IMG/VR virus record: IMGVR_UViG_3300024346_000044
Location: 8,294-72,293 of that record
DNA: 64,000 bases
Origin: a virus
Reading direction: 5' to 3' (one strand)
Below the pieces are notes generated by a model, which saw only the letters and a program-made list of their open reading frames with translations, had not been told where the DNA came from and did not search any database. Made by a program: the position numbers and the translations under genes. Below, piece by piece: positions 19,379 to 29,521 of this stretch. Positions within the stretch are counted from its first letter, which is position 1; every line of letters starts with the position of its first letter.

Positions 19379-22063
19379 ATGGCTAAAAAACTCTCAAAAG
19401 TAGGAATAGTAACTAATCAATTAGTTCTTCCACATCAAGTCACCCAGTCAATAGATGCATTTACTGGAGAAGAAGATTATGATATTAACTTATCTGGATC
19501 TTTAGCAATTACTGGTTCTACTACAATTAAATTAGGAGGATTAACAATTTCAGATTCTGTCCTAGGTCCTGGTAGCTTAAATGTAACTAATATTACAGCA
19601 AGTAATTTACAAGTTGTTAATATATCTTCATCATTTGTTACTTCATCAACAATCTATACTTCAGGATCAAATATATTTGGAGATGAACCTTCTGATACAC
19701 ATACTTTTATAGGAGGTATTACAGCATCAGGTGTTATGAGTGCAAGTGGAGTTGTATTTGGAAGTCAAGTTCGAACCCCTGCAGTTTTTACAAATACAAT
19801 AACTGAAAAAACATCTACCTCTGGTGTAACCATAGAGGGTACATTACTTAAAGATAATAATATAAGTACAGCAGGTACTATTACAGCTGGTGGGAATACA
19901 TCAATACCTAGAAACTCTAAATTTATTTTAGATGGAGATGATGGTAGTAATAGTTATATAACTCAAACCACCTCAAACATTTTACAAATAGTAAATCAGG
20001 GTAATACCTTAATATCAGCAGGATCTGCTAATTTAACATTTACATCTATTCCAGTTATAATTTCTAATCAAAATTTCACAGTAACTGGAGGTGTAATTAC
20101 AGGTGATGGGGCAGGATTAACTAATATACCCGCAGCAGGAATAACTGGATTAAATCTATCTAGGATTGAAAGTGGTAGTGTTACGGCATCTATTTCACCT
20201 GATAAAGGCTTTGAGGTAAATACAAACATAACCTCTTCAGGAAATATAAGTGCTAATGGAAATATACAAAACTTAGATGGTTATGCATTATTCCAAAGAA
20301 CATCAACAGGTGTTGATTCTGTATTAAATGTAAGACAATTATCAACAGGAAATATTGCAGAATTTGGAACTAATACTAACAATGAATTAGTAATAATTAA
20401 ATCGGATGGAAAAGTTGGAATTGGGACTAATTCACCAACTGAAGCACTACATACTAAGACCACAGGCAATACAGTTGCAAAATTTGAAACTTCACTATCT
20501 TCAGATTTAGCAATACAACTAACTAATTCTCAAGGTAGTATGTTCTTTGGACTTGGGGGTGGAGAGGAATTTGCAGTAGGAACAACTTCTGATTTAAATG
20601 GAACTGATAACTTATTTATAATAGAACAAAATGGCAACGTTGGTATAGGGAATACTAGTCCATCTCAAAAACTTGACGTAACTGGAAATATTAAAGTAAG
20701 TGGAGACATAGAGACTGCAACATTTACAAACCCTACACTAGATATAGCAGCTGGATCAGCTAACATGACAGCAAATATACCTTTAACTTTTGGTGCTTTA
20801 CTAGCAGCGAATTTAGGTAGATTAGATATAAAACATGATAATTCCAACGGTAGTATTACTAATCGTTCAGGAGATTTAACAATTGGAAACACAGCAGCAA
20901 ATAGTGAGATAATATTAGATAGTACAAATGGTGTAAAAATATCTAATATTGCGGATAATAGCAACACTGGATACAAAACAGTAGTAGTTGACACCTCTAC
21001 TGGACAGTTATATAGAACTGGATCCTATGGTGGTGGAGGTGGTGGCGGCGGTGCTGGAATATTTATTCAAACAGGTTCATATTATGCTACAACAAATGAT
21101 TTACAAGTAACAGGCTCATTAACTGCAGAAGGATTAAATGTAACCAGCGCAATATCAGCATCCATGGGAGCTGCTCCTTACATGAAATTAAATCTAGAAA
21201 GACAACTTTTTGGTGACACTGACGGAAATTCTAATGGTGCAACATTTGTGTTAGATCAGAACTCAGGTTTTGCTGTAGGATCGCCGATTATATCTTTAGA
21301 TGGTGCAGTGACAATTAATGACTCAAGCAACAACTACGACTTTAGAGTTGAATCTAACGGCAACGCTAATATGTTGTTTGTAGATGCCGGAACTAATAGA
21401 GTTGGTATAGGAACTAATAGTCCAACTGAAGCACTTGACGTAACTGGAAATATTGTTGCAAGTGGTGAAATGGAATGTACTAAGTTTGTAGCTAATGCAG
21501 CAGGAGGTTTTGAGTTTGAAATAGACGGAGACAATCAATTCAACATGATACACAATTTTGCTAACAGGTCAATGTTTTTTACAACTGCAGCTGGTACTGG
21601 TACTATAAATTTTGGAACTAATGCTCAAAACTCACAGGTTAGTATAACATCTGCTGGAAATTTAAATGTTGTTAATGATCTAACTGTTGGTGGAAGCGTA
21701 ACTACAGGTGCTATAACAGCATCAGGCGATATAAGTTGTAGTTTCCAAGAATCAACAATAACTGCAACAACAGGATCATTTAATCACATTATTACAGATG
21801 GTGAAACATTAGAATTTAGAGATGCCACTACAAGAGCAAAAGTAGGAGCTTTAAAATTTGATGCAACTAATGGATTAGAAGTAAAAGATAGTGCGGGTAA
21901 TGAAGGAAAATTAAAAACCAAAGAATTAAACATTCCATCTGGAGGTAGTATGATAATAGATGCAAGTCAAATTAATTTTAATAGTTTACCAACTTCAGAC
22001 CCAGGAGTAGCAGGACGATTATGGAGAGATTCAAGAGATGGTAAAATCGTTGTATCTGGTTAA
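19379..22063 (+). CDS. Tail fibre / fibre-like protein 2
   Basis: GSNIFGD..DTH.F.G, repeated VGIGT.SP motifs, poly-Gly hinge, C-terminal LPTSDPGVAGRLW. Confidence 0.8.
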   Translation: MAKKLSKVGIVTNQLVLPHQVTQSIDAFTGEEDYDINLSGSLAITGSTTIKLGGLTISDSVLGPGSLNVTNITASNLQVVNISSSFVTSSTIYTSGSNIFGDEPSDTHTFIGGITASGVMSASGVVFGSQVRTPAVFTNTITEKTSTSGVTIEGTLLKDNNISTAGTITAGGNTSIPRNSKFILDGDDGSNSYITQTTSNILQIVNQGNTLISAGSANLTFTSIPVIISNQNFTVTGGVITGDGAGLTNIPAAGITGLNLSRIESGSVTASISPDKGFEVNTNITSSGNISANGNIQNLDGYALFQRTSTGVDSVLNVRQLSTGNIAEFGTNTNNELVIIKSDGKVGIGTNSPTEALHTKTTGNTVAKFETSLSSDLAIQLTNSQGSMFFGLGGGEEFAVGTTSDLNGTDNLFIIEQNGNVGIGNTSPSQKLDVTGNIKVSGDIETATFTNPTLDIAAGSANMTANIPLTFGALLAANLGRLDIKHDNSNGSITNRSGDLTIGNTAANSEIILDSTNGVKISNIADNSNTGYKTVVVDTSTGQLYRTGSYGGGGGGGGAGIFIQTGSYYATTNDLQVTGSLTAEGLNVTSAISASMGAAPYMKLNLERQLFGDTDGNSNGATFVLDQNSGFAVGSPIISLDGAVTINDSSNNYDFRVESNGNANMLFVDAGTNRVGIGTNSPTEALDVTGNIVASGEMECTKFVANAAGGFEFEIDGDNQFNMIHNFANRSMFFTTAAGTGTINFGTNAQNSQVSITSAGNLNVVNDLTVGGSVTTGAITASGDISCSFQESTITATTGSFNHIITDGETLEFRDATTRAKVGALKFDATNGLEVKDSAGNEGKLKTKELNIPSGGSMIIDASQINFNSLPTSDPGVAGRLWRDSRDGKIVVSG

Positions 22064-22152
22064 TAATATTATAATTTGGATACCTAAAAAAAACATTTTA
22101 CATTTATCAACAATAAATTACATTTTTAACAAATTAACCGATATTTATAACC

Positions 22153-22407
22153 ATGGAAAAAAAAATAGTTTTAGACAAAAAAGAAATTAGTAAATTAAAA
22201 GAATTAAGACAAAATTTCACCAATTTAACAAATACTTTAGGAAATTTAGAAATTCAAATAATGAATTTAAACATACAAAAAGAATCTCTAAAAGAAACAC
22301 TTTTAAATTTACAAAAAGAAGAAATAGTTTTAGCAAAAGAATTAGAAACTAAGTATGGAGAAGGATCCATTTCTTTAGATTCTGGTGAATTTTTACCCAT
22401 AAAATAG
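22153..22407 (+). CDS. Small coiled-coil protein (prefoldin-like chaperone candidate)
   Basis: Heptad coiled coil ending KYGEGSISLDSGEF; precedes the sheath gene. Confidence 0.6.
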   Translation: MEKKIVLDKKEISKLKELRQNFTNLTNTLGNLEIQIMNLNIQKESLKETLLNLQKEEIVLAKELETKYGEGSISLDSGEFLPIK

Positions 22408-22451
22408 ATTTTTAAAAAATTTTGACATATTTATCATAAAAATAACACACA

Positions 22452-24173
22452 ATGGCAGAAACATTAATTTCCCCTGGGGTATTAGCAAGAGAGCAAGATC
22501 AATCCCAAATCACCTCACAACCTGTACAAGCGGGAGCAGCAATTATAGGTCCAACAGTATTAGGCCCAGTAGAAAGACCAACTTTGGTTACTACTTTTTC
22601 CGAATATTTAGCTACTTTTGGTGGTGCTTTGCAGAGTGGTTCAGATGAATACTCATACTTTACAAGTATTTCAGCATTTAATTATTTCCAAGGTGGAGGT
22701 ACTTCATTAATAGTAACTAGAGTAGTATCAGGTTCATATTCTGCTGCTACATCATCATTTATTTCAGGTTCAAATGCACCAGCACTTGCTGCGGGTACTG
22801 CTTTTACATTAGAAACAATTGGTTCTGGAACTATAATGAATAGTACTAGTACATTAACTTCAAAAGGAGCTTTACCAAGTGGTAGTTCTAATAATGTTAG
22901 ATGGGAAATAACAACACCAGATACATCATCAGGAACATTTACACTTTTAGTTAGAAGAGGAGATGATAATACAAAATCAAAAAGAGTATTAGAATCTTAC
23001 ACAAACTTATCATTGGATCCAAAATCTTCAGGATACATAGCTAGAGTAATTGGCGATCAAACGACTACATTACTAGGTAGTGGAACAGCAGAACCTTACT
23101 TACAACAATCAGGTAATTTTCCTAACGCTTCAAGGTATATAAGAGTAAAATCAGTAGATAAAAAAACACCAGATTATTTAGATAATGATGGAAATGCAAA
23201 ATCTCAATATACAGCTTCAATTCCAATCGCTTCTGCAGGTACATTTGGAGATGCTGAAGGTGGTATTAAAGCCGGAGCTAATTTTTATGATACTATAAAC
23301 TCTACAAACACACAAGGATTAGTAGAAGCAAATTATACAGATGCAATTAATTTATTAGCAAATAAAGATGAATTTAAATACAATATTATCACAGTACCAG
23401 GTTTAGTTTATGTTGATTATCCAACACCTTTAAACTCATTAATTGATAATACAGCAACTAGAGGAGATGCTATAGTAATAGCAGATACTGTAAATTATGG
23501 AGCTTCAATTACAAATGTAATTTCAACAGCAGCAAGTATAGATTCATCATATACAGCAACATATTGGCCATGGTGTCAAATTACTGACCCAAGCACAGGA
23601 CAATTAGCATGGGTTCCAGCTTCAACATTAATACCAGGAGTATATGCAGCTAATGATGCTTCAGCAGAAACTTGGTTTGCACCCGCAGGTATTAATAGAG
23701 GTGGATTAGGAGTAGTAAGACAAGCAGAAAGAAAATTAACACAAACAAATAGAGATAGTCTATATGTAGGAAAAGTTAATCCAATAGCTACATTCCCTGG
23801 AAGAGGAGTAGTAGTATTTGGCCAAAAAACACTACAAACAAGAGCAAGTGCTTTAGATAGAGTAAATGTTAGAAGATTATTAATTAGTCTAAAATCATTT
23901 ATTTCACAAGTAGCAGATAATTTAGTATTTGAACAAAATACAGCAGCTACTAGAAATAATTTCTTAGGACAAGTAAATCCATTTTTAGAAAGTGTACAAC
24001 AAAGACAAGGATTATTTGCTTTTAAAGTAGTAATGGATGATAGTAACAACACACCAGATGTTATTGATAGGAATCAATTAGTGGGTCAAATATTTGTTCA
24101 ACCTACAAAAACAGCAGAATTTATATACCTAGATTTCAACATTTTACCAACAGGAGCTACTTTCCCGGCATAA
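22452..24173 (+). CDS. Tail sheath protein (gp18-like)
   Basis: SPGVLAREQD, WFAPAGINRG, VNPIATFPG, FGQKTL, LDRVNVRRL, PTKTAEFI. Confidence 0.96.
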   Translation: MAETLISPGVLAREQDQSQITSQPVQAGAAIIGPTVLGPVERPTLVTTFSEYLATFGGALQSGSDEYSYFTSISAFNYFQGGGTSLIVTRVVSGSYSAATSSFISGSNAPALAAGTAFTLETIGSGTIMNSTSTLTSKGALPSGSSNNVRWEITTPDTSSGTFTLLVRRGDDNTKSKRVLESYTNLSLDPKSSGYIARVIGDQTTTLLGSGTAEPYLQQSGNFPNASRYIRVKSVDKKTPDYLDNDGNAKSQYTASIPIASAGTFGDAEGGIKAGANFYDTINSTNTQGLVEANYTDAINLLANKDEFKYNIITVPGLVYVDYPTPLNSLIDNTATRGDAIVIADTVNYGASITNVISTAASIDSSYTATYWPWCQITDPSTGQLAWVPASTLIPGVYAANDASAETWFAPAGINRGGLGVVRQAERKLTQTNRDSLYVGKVNPIATFPGRGVVVFGQKTLQTRASALDRVNVRRLLISLKSFISQVADNLVFEQNTAATRNNFLGQVNPFLESVQQRQGLFAFKVVMDDSNNTPDVIDRNQLVGQIFVQPTKTAEFIYLDFNILPTGATFPA

Positions 24174-24220
24174 AAACATAGAAATTAGATATTTATAATA
24201 GAATTAAAAGATAAAACAAA

Positions 24221-24709
24221 ATGGCAGTATTAAATCCCAACGAAATATTTTTCACAGCATTTGAACCAAAACAAGCTAATAGGTTTATTATGTATGTAGA
24301 TGGAATTCCATCATATATGATAAAAGAAGTAGGTGAAGTGAAAATATCACAAGAAATAGTAACTTTAAATCACATCAATGTTGAGAGAAAAGTTAAAGGT
24401 AAATCAAAATGGGAAAATTTAAGTATGACTCTTTATGATCCAATCACACCATCAGGTGCTCAAGCGGTAATGGAGTGGGTAAGACTACATCATGAATCTG
24501 TAACAGGTAGAGATGGTTATTCTGATTTTTATAAGAAAGATTTAACAATCAACGTTCTAGGTCCAGTAGGTGACGTAGTATCAGAATGGGTAATTAAAGG
24601 CGCATTTATAGTAGATGCAGGATTTAAAGGATTTAACTGGGATACAGGTGCTGAAGCTCAAACTATTGCTTTAACAATATCAATGGATTATGCAGTACTA
24701 AACTTTTAA
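24221..24709 (+). CDS. Tail tube protein (gp19-like)
   Basis: FEPKQANRF, W..LSMTLYDP, YKKDLTINVLGPVGDVVSEW; follows the sheath gene. Confidence 0.92.
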   Translation: MAVLNPNEIFFTAFEPKQANRFIMYVDGIPSYMIKEVGEVKISQEIVTLNHINVERKVKGKSKWENLSMTLYDPITPSGAQAVMEWVRLHHESVTGRDGYSDFYKKDLTINVLGPVGDVVSEWVIKGAFIVDAGFKGFNWDTGAEAQTIALTISMDYAVLNF

Positions 24710-24736
24710 AAAAAAATATCAAATATTACAAAAAAT

Positions 24737-24761
24737 AGCTTGGCTCATGTCAAGCTTTTTT
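24737..24761 (+). terminator. Rho-independent terminator after tube gene
   Basis: AGCTTGGC-TCAT-GTCAAGCT-TTTTT. Confidence 0.85.
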
Positions 24762-24811
24762 GTATTTTTAATATGTATTACTAGAATTAAAGTTATTAAT
24801 AAATAAAAGAT

Positions 24812-25558
24812 ATGGAAGAAAAAAAACTGAAGTTTCCTACCGAAACGATAGACCTACCTTCAAAGGGTCTAATTTACCCTAAAGATAACAATTTATCAAG
24901 TGGAAAAGTAGAAATGAAATACATGACTGCTAAGGAAGAAGATATACTAACTAATCAATCATACATCGAAGCTGGCACGGTATTAGACAAGTTACTGCAA
25001 TCACTCATAGTCTCCGACATAGTGTATAATGATTTAATTACTGGCGATAAAAACGCATTGCTTATAGCTGCTAGAGTTTTAGGATATGGTAAAGATTACA
25101 AATTTGAATATAAAGGAGAAGAAGTAGAAGTTGACTTAAGTGAAATTGATAATAAAGAATTTGATGAAGATTCAATTAAAAAAGGTGAAAATAGATTTCC
25201 ATTTACTTTACCAAATTCCAAAACTGAAATTGAATATAAAATTCTAACAGCAAATGATGAGAAAAAAATTGCTGCCGAAATTAAAGGTTTAAAGAAAATT
25301 AACAAAAACGCAAACCCAGAACTATCTACAAGATTAAAATACATGATTGTATCTGTAGATAAAGATGAAGAAAAAAAATCAATAAGAGAGTTTGTTGATA
25401 ATTATTTTCTAGCTATGGATTCAAGAGCGCTTAGAAAACATATAGCAAATACACAACCAGATGTTGAATTAACAATACCAGTAGAGACTAGTGGTGGCAC
25501 GGAGGACATCACTATTCCTATTAATCTTAACTTTTTTTGGCCTGACGCAGAGGTATAG
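24812..25558 (+). CDS. Baseplate hub assembly / tail assembly chaperone (gp26-like)
   Basis: LPSKG, MTAKEEDIL, GDKNALLIAAR, DSRALR, ends NFFWP; lies between tube and tape measure. Confidence 0.8.
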   Translation: MEEKKLKFPTETIDLPSKGLIYPKDNNLSSGKVEMKYMTAKEEDILTNQSYIEAGTVLDKLLQSLIVSDIVYNDLITGDKNALLIAARVLGYGKDYKFEYKGEEVEVDLSEIDNKEFDEDSIKKGENRFPFTLPNSKTEIEYKILTANDEKKIAAEIKGLKKINKNANPELSTRLKYMIVSVDKDEEKKSIREFVDNYFLAMDSRALRKHIANTQPDVELTIPVETSGGTEDITIPINLNFFWPDAEV

Positions 25559-25838
25559 ATTCGAATTATTTAATCAAATCCATGAGATAGTATTCCATGG
25601 AAAAGGAGGTTATGACTTCCACACTATATACACTATGCCTATATGGTTGCGCAACTTTACATTTTCTAAAATGAAAGAATTTTTTGAAAAAGAAGCAGCT
25701 GATTATAAAAAGGCACAATCTAATGGTAAAGGTACATCTACTGTTATTGACACAGATGGTATGGTTCAAACCCCATCTTTTATGGAAAAAGGTAATGCTT
25801 CTAAACCGGCCTATTCAACAAAACGGGCTAAAAACTAG
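25532..25838 (+). CDS. Tail chaperone C-terminal extension (gp51/GT-like), probably reached by frameshift
   Basis: Protein-like LFNQIHEIVFHGKGGYDFHTIYTMPIWLR begins right after the T7 run at 25532-25538, in the +1 frame, with no good start of its own. Confidence 0.6.
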
Positions 25839-25871
25839 ATTTTTTAATATTTATAATCAAATATTCCAAAA

Positions 25872-28800
25872 ATGGCCGATGGACTAAATAAAAATCTAAA
25901 TAATGCTAATAAATCTGCTAAAGATTTAAAAGGCAATATGGATGGAGCTTCCGACTCTGCTAAATCTGCAGCTGATAATATGGGTAGGTTTAACGATTCA
26001 GTTAATGACTCAGCTGAATCTTTCAATGATTATAGAGACACTCTTCGTTCTATATCTGCTGAATTAGGCAATCAAATTAATAACGTAAAAGATGTAAAAA
26101 AAGAGTATAATAAACTCGATTCTATAGCAAGAAAACTTTCTGATCAAGAAGTTGGCATAAACAGGTTAAAAGATAGTCAATTAGACAAATTAAAACAAAA
26201 TGCTGCTTCATCAGTTGAAGAACTTAAAAATAGAACTAATGCTCTACAAGTAGAAAAACTTACAGCAAGTACAGGTAAAGAATTAATGAGTTTAAGTGGT
26301 GCGGCATTTGAAACCACCCTTAAATCTATAGCAGCTAAAAAGAAACTTTCAAAAGAAGAAGTTACTTTAATTAGAGCAGCTAAACAGAATTTCCAAATAG
26401 AGCAAGAGTTATTAGATAAAATAGAAGAAGAAGTAGATATTCGTAAAGAATCTAATAGGTTGATGGGTATAGGGGGAGGATTGATGAAAGGTTTAAATCA
26501 ATTAGGAGGAAAATTTGCATCATCTTTAGGACTAGAGAAAGTAACATCTGACATGCAAGAAATGGCAGATGCCATTGCACGAGGGACAAAATCCTCAGGT
26601 GCTCTGGGAGGTAAAATGAAAGTTTTAGGTGTTGGTGTAAAATCAGCATTTACAAATATTGGAGGTTCATTAATGGATCCCACAGTAATATTTGGAGCTT
26701 TAATTAAAGGATTTAATGATGTAGACAAAGCAGCAACTGATTTTGCAAGACAAACGGGACAAGACCTTAATGGTGTCGAAGCTTCTCTTGCAACTGCTAA
26801 TATGGGTTATGTTAATATGGCTGATTACATTAAAGCAGCTACAGCATTAACCTCAGAATTAAAAATGAGTGCTACTGATATATTTTCTTCAGAAGATATT
26901 TTAGAAGTAGCTCAAATGACAGATGAAATGGGCATGGCAGGTAAAGCAGCTGCTAACTTGGCCAAATTATCTAAATTAAATGGAACATCTGTTAGAGAAA
27001 ATAATGAATCTATAATACAGGGAGTTAATAGTTTTAATAAACAAAATGGTGCTGCTATAAATAGTAGAAAAGTACTAGATGACATTGCTAATACATCACA
27101 AGGTGTATTAACTAAATTTGCGGGCATGCCTGGAAAATTAACAGAAGCTGCATCAGCCGCTGCTGGTATAGGAATGAGCCTAGAGCAAGTAGATAAAATA
27201 GCAGGAAGTTTACTTAATTTTGAACAGTCAATATCAGCAGAAATGGAAGCTGAGTTATTAACTGGAAAGAGTCTTAACTTAGAAAAAGCAAGAGAAGCTG
27301 CTTTAACTAATGATTTAGCTACAGTAGCTAAAGAAATGAGTAAACAAATAGGAACATCAGCAGATTTTGCTAAAATGAATCGCATTCAACAAGAAGCTAC
27401 AGCAAAAGCTATGGGCATGACTAGTGATGAATTAGCTGGAATGTTGTTACAAGAAGACTTAAAAGCTGGTTTAAATGAAGATTCTTTAAATGCTGCTCAA
27501 AAACAAACTCTTGAATCCCAAAAGAACAGAATGGCACAAGAGCAAATAGCACAATCTATAGCTAAAATAGGCCAAGCATTTGCTCCTATAATTGGATTTA
27601 TTGCTAAAATAGTATCAAATTCTAAGGTAATTTATGCCTTAATGGGTGTTGCTTTAGTAACTAAACTAGGTGGTCTTACAAGCATATTTGGTAAAATGGG
27701 CAAAGCATTTAGTGGTATTCAAGGTGCAGGTAAATCTATGATGGGGTTTTTTAATAAAAGTGAAGGTGGATTTAAAGGATTAATCTCCTCCGCTAAAAAA
27801 TATGGAAATTCATTAACAGGTGCATTTAAAGGTACTGATGGGGAAGCTTCAGGTGCAAAAGATAAAATTTCAGGTTTAAAAGATAAAATTACAGATAAAT
27901 TTAAAGATAAAGTAGATGATATTTCGGATTCTGCAGATAAGTCAAAAGGAATAGATGGAGATGCAGGTAAAGGAGTTAAGGAGTTTTTAAAGGGACTATC
28001 AGAAGGATTAAAATCTATGGCAAGTATGGAAGTTGTTGGAGGTGCTCTTGCTCTTATACCAGCAGCAATTGGTCTTACTGCTATGATCCCCGGATCAGTA
28101 GGTGCTTATTTAATATCAAAAGTAGATGGTGAAGGATTTAAAGAAGGACTAGTAGGAATCGCAGATGGTTTAAAAGAAATAGATGGTCAAGCAATGTTAG
28201 GTGGTTTAGCTTTAATACCAATAGCTTTAGGGCTTGCTGCTATGCTTCCTGGAGTAGTAGCAATTTTAGCAATTTCTGCAGTTGGGCCTCTAGCTGAAGC
28301 TGGATTTAAAGGATTAGGAAAAGGTTTAATGTTTTTTGGGGATAATTTTGGTAAAATTATTCAGGGATCGCTTGCATTAGGGATTGCTGGTTTGGCAGTT
28401 GCAGGTTCTTTTGCATTAGCTTTAATGATGATTAAAGATGTAGATCCTACACAAATGATAGCATTTGCGGGTTCATTAGCAATTTTTGGAACTACTGCAG
28501 CCTTATTAGGTAGTTTTAGTAGTCTAATAATTCAAGGAGCACTAGCATTAGGAATATTAGGTTTAGCATTAATCCCAGCAGCATTTGCATTTAATTTAAT
28601 ATCTGGTGTAGATGTAAACAGTATGATTGCATTTTCTATAGCATTACCTTTATTAGCGTTAGCGGCAGCAGGTTTAGGATTTATAGCACCTTTTATTTTA
28701 GCAGGGTCATTAGCAATAGCAGCATTAGGTTTAGCCATAATACCAGCTGCAATGGCATTTGGGATGTTAGCAGGTTCTGGATTCACAGACCAAATAGATT

Positions 28801-29147
28801 CTCTTTCACAATTAGCTGTATTAGGTTCTGGACTATTTGGAGTAGGAGCAGGTTTAATAAGTATTGCAGCTGGATTAGGAGCAATGTCATTAGCTGGATT
28901 ATTAGCTATGCCTACTTTATTAGCATTAACCGCTTTAGGAGCAGTTTCAGGAGGGTTAGGTTCAATATTTGGAGGAGCTGAAGAAACAGATAATGGAAAC
29001 CAGGATTCTGCACTATCTGAAAAATTAGACCAAGTAAATAATAACATTCTTAAATTAATATCAGTTGTAGAAGCTGGTGGAGATGTTATCATGGATGGGG
29101 CAGTCGTAGGAAAAACAGTATCTATGGCGAGTTCTAAAATTGGTTAA
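25872..29147 (+). CDS. Tape measure protein
   Basis: 1091 aa, Ala/Gly-rich and helical, with hydrophobic C-terminal repeats; follows the chaperones. Confidence 0.88.
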   Translation: MADGLNKNLNNANKSAKDLKGNMDGASDSAKSAADNMGRFNDSVNDSAESFNDYRDTLRSISAELGNQINNVKDVKKEYNKLDSIARKLSDQEVGINRLKDSQLDKLKQNAASSVEELKNRTNALQVEKLTASTGKELMSLSGAAFETTLKSIAAKKKLSKEEVTLIRAAKQNFQIEQELLDKIEEEVDIRKESNRLMGIGGGLMKGLNQLGGKFASSLGLEKVTSDMQEMADAIARGTKSSGALGGKMKVLGVGVKSAFTNIGGSLMDPTVIFGALIKGFNDVDKAATDFARQTGQDLNGVEASLATANMGYVNMADYIKAATALTSELKMSATDIFSSEDILEVAQMTDEMGMAGKAAANLAKLSKLNGTSVRENNESIIQGVNSFNKQNGAAINSRKVLDDIANTSQGVLTKFAGMPGKLTEAASAAAGIGMSLEQVDKIAGSLLNFEQSISAEMEAELLTGKSLNLEKAREAALTNDLATVAKEMSKQIGTSADFAKMNRIQQEATAKAMGMTSDELAGMLLQEDLKAGLNEDSLNAAQKQTLESQKNRMAQEQIAQSIAKIGQAFAPIIGFIAKIVSNSKVIYALMGVALVTKLGGLTSIFGKMGKAFSGIQGAGKSMMGFFNKSEGGFKGLISSAKKYGNSLTGAFKGTDGEASGAKDKISGLKDKITDKFKDKVDDISDSADKSKGIDGDAGKGVKEFLKGLSEGLKSMASMEVVGGALALIPAAIGLTAMIPGSVGAYLISKVDGEGFKEGLVGIADGLKEIDGQAMLGGLALIPIALGLAAMLPGVVAILAISAVGPLAEAGFKGLGKGLMFFGDNFGKIIQGSLALGIAGLAVAGSFALALMMIKDVDPTQMIAFAGSLAIFGTTAALLGSFSSLIIQGALALGILGLALIPAAFAFNLISGVDVNSMIAFSIALPLLALAAAGLGFIAPFILAGSLAIAALGLAIIPAAMAFGMLAGSGFTDQIDSLSQLAVLGSGLFGVGAGLISIAAGLGAMSLAGLLAMPTLLALTALGAVSGGLGSIFGGAEETDNGNQDSALSEKLDQVNNNILKLISVVEAGGDVIMDGAVVGKTVSMASSKIG

Positions 29148-29176
29148 TATTTATAATAAACATTAAAACAAATATT

Positions 29177-29518
29177 ATGTCTGGATTATTAAATAAATTA
29201 ACAAGTGAAGGATCAGGTTTTACCAAATTATCAGGTGGAGATGGTCAAATTAATGTGGGTGCAACCCAACAATCAAAATTACATGCTTTTGGAAACCAAG
29301 CAGGTTATTCTGTAGATGGAGCTTTTACAGGTGAAGTAAATGATGCTTTTAACGCCTATGATGATGGTGTAATTAACCAATTACCTCAACCATCAGGATT
29401 AGATTTAAATGGTGTACCACCTGCATCTTCAAACTCAGATGGAGGAGTACCTGCTATTAATTCAACTTTTTCTAAAGGAGCATATAAAAACAATCTCCCA
29501 GAAGGAAGAAGTTTTTAG
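29177..29518 (+). CDS. Hypothetical virion protein
   Basis: Gly-rich 113-aa ORF behind a late motif; PSGLDLNG motif. Confidence 0.6.
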   Translation: MSGLLNKLTSEGSGFTKLSGGDGQINVGATQQSKLHAFGNQAGYSVDGAFTGEVNDAFNAYDDGVINQLPQPSGLDLNGVPPASSNSDGGVPAINSTFSKGAYKNNLPEGRSF

Positions 29519-29521
29519 TGA

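Larger units (their letters stand above)
17273..21435 (+). repeat. 317-nt near-identical cassette shared by two fibre genes (17273-17589 and 21119-21435)
   Basis: Manual alignment gives about 17 substitutions and no indels. Confidence 0.85.

Noticed and set aside
17273-21435. Possible diversity-generating retroelement TR/VR pair
   Set aside because: Differences are not confined to adenines, both copies are inside coding genes, and no reverse transcriptase is present in the window.
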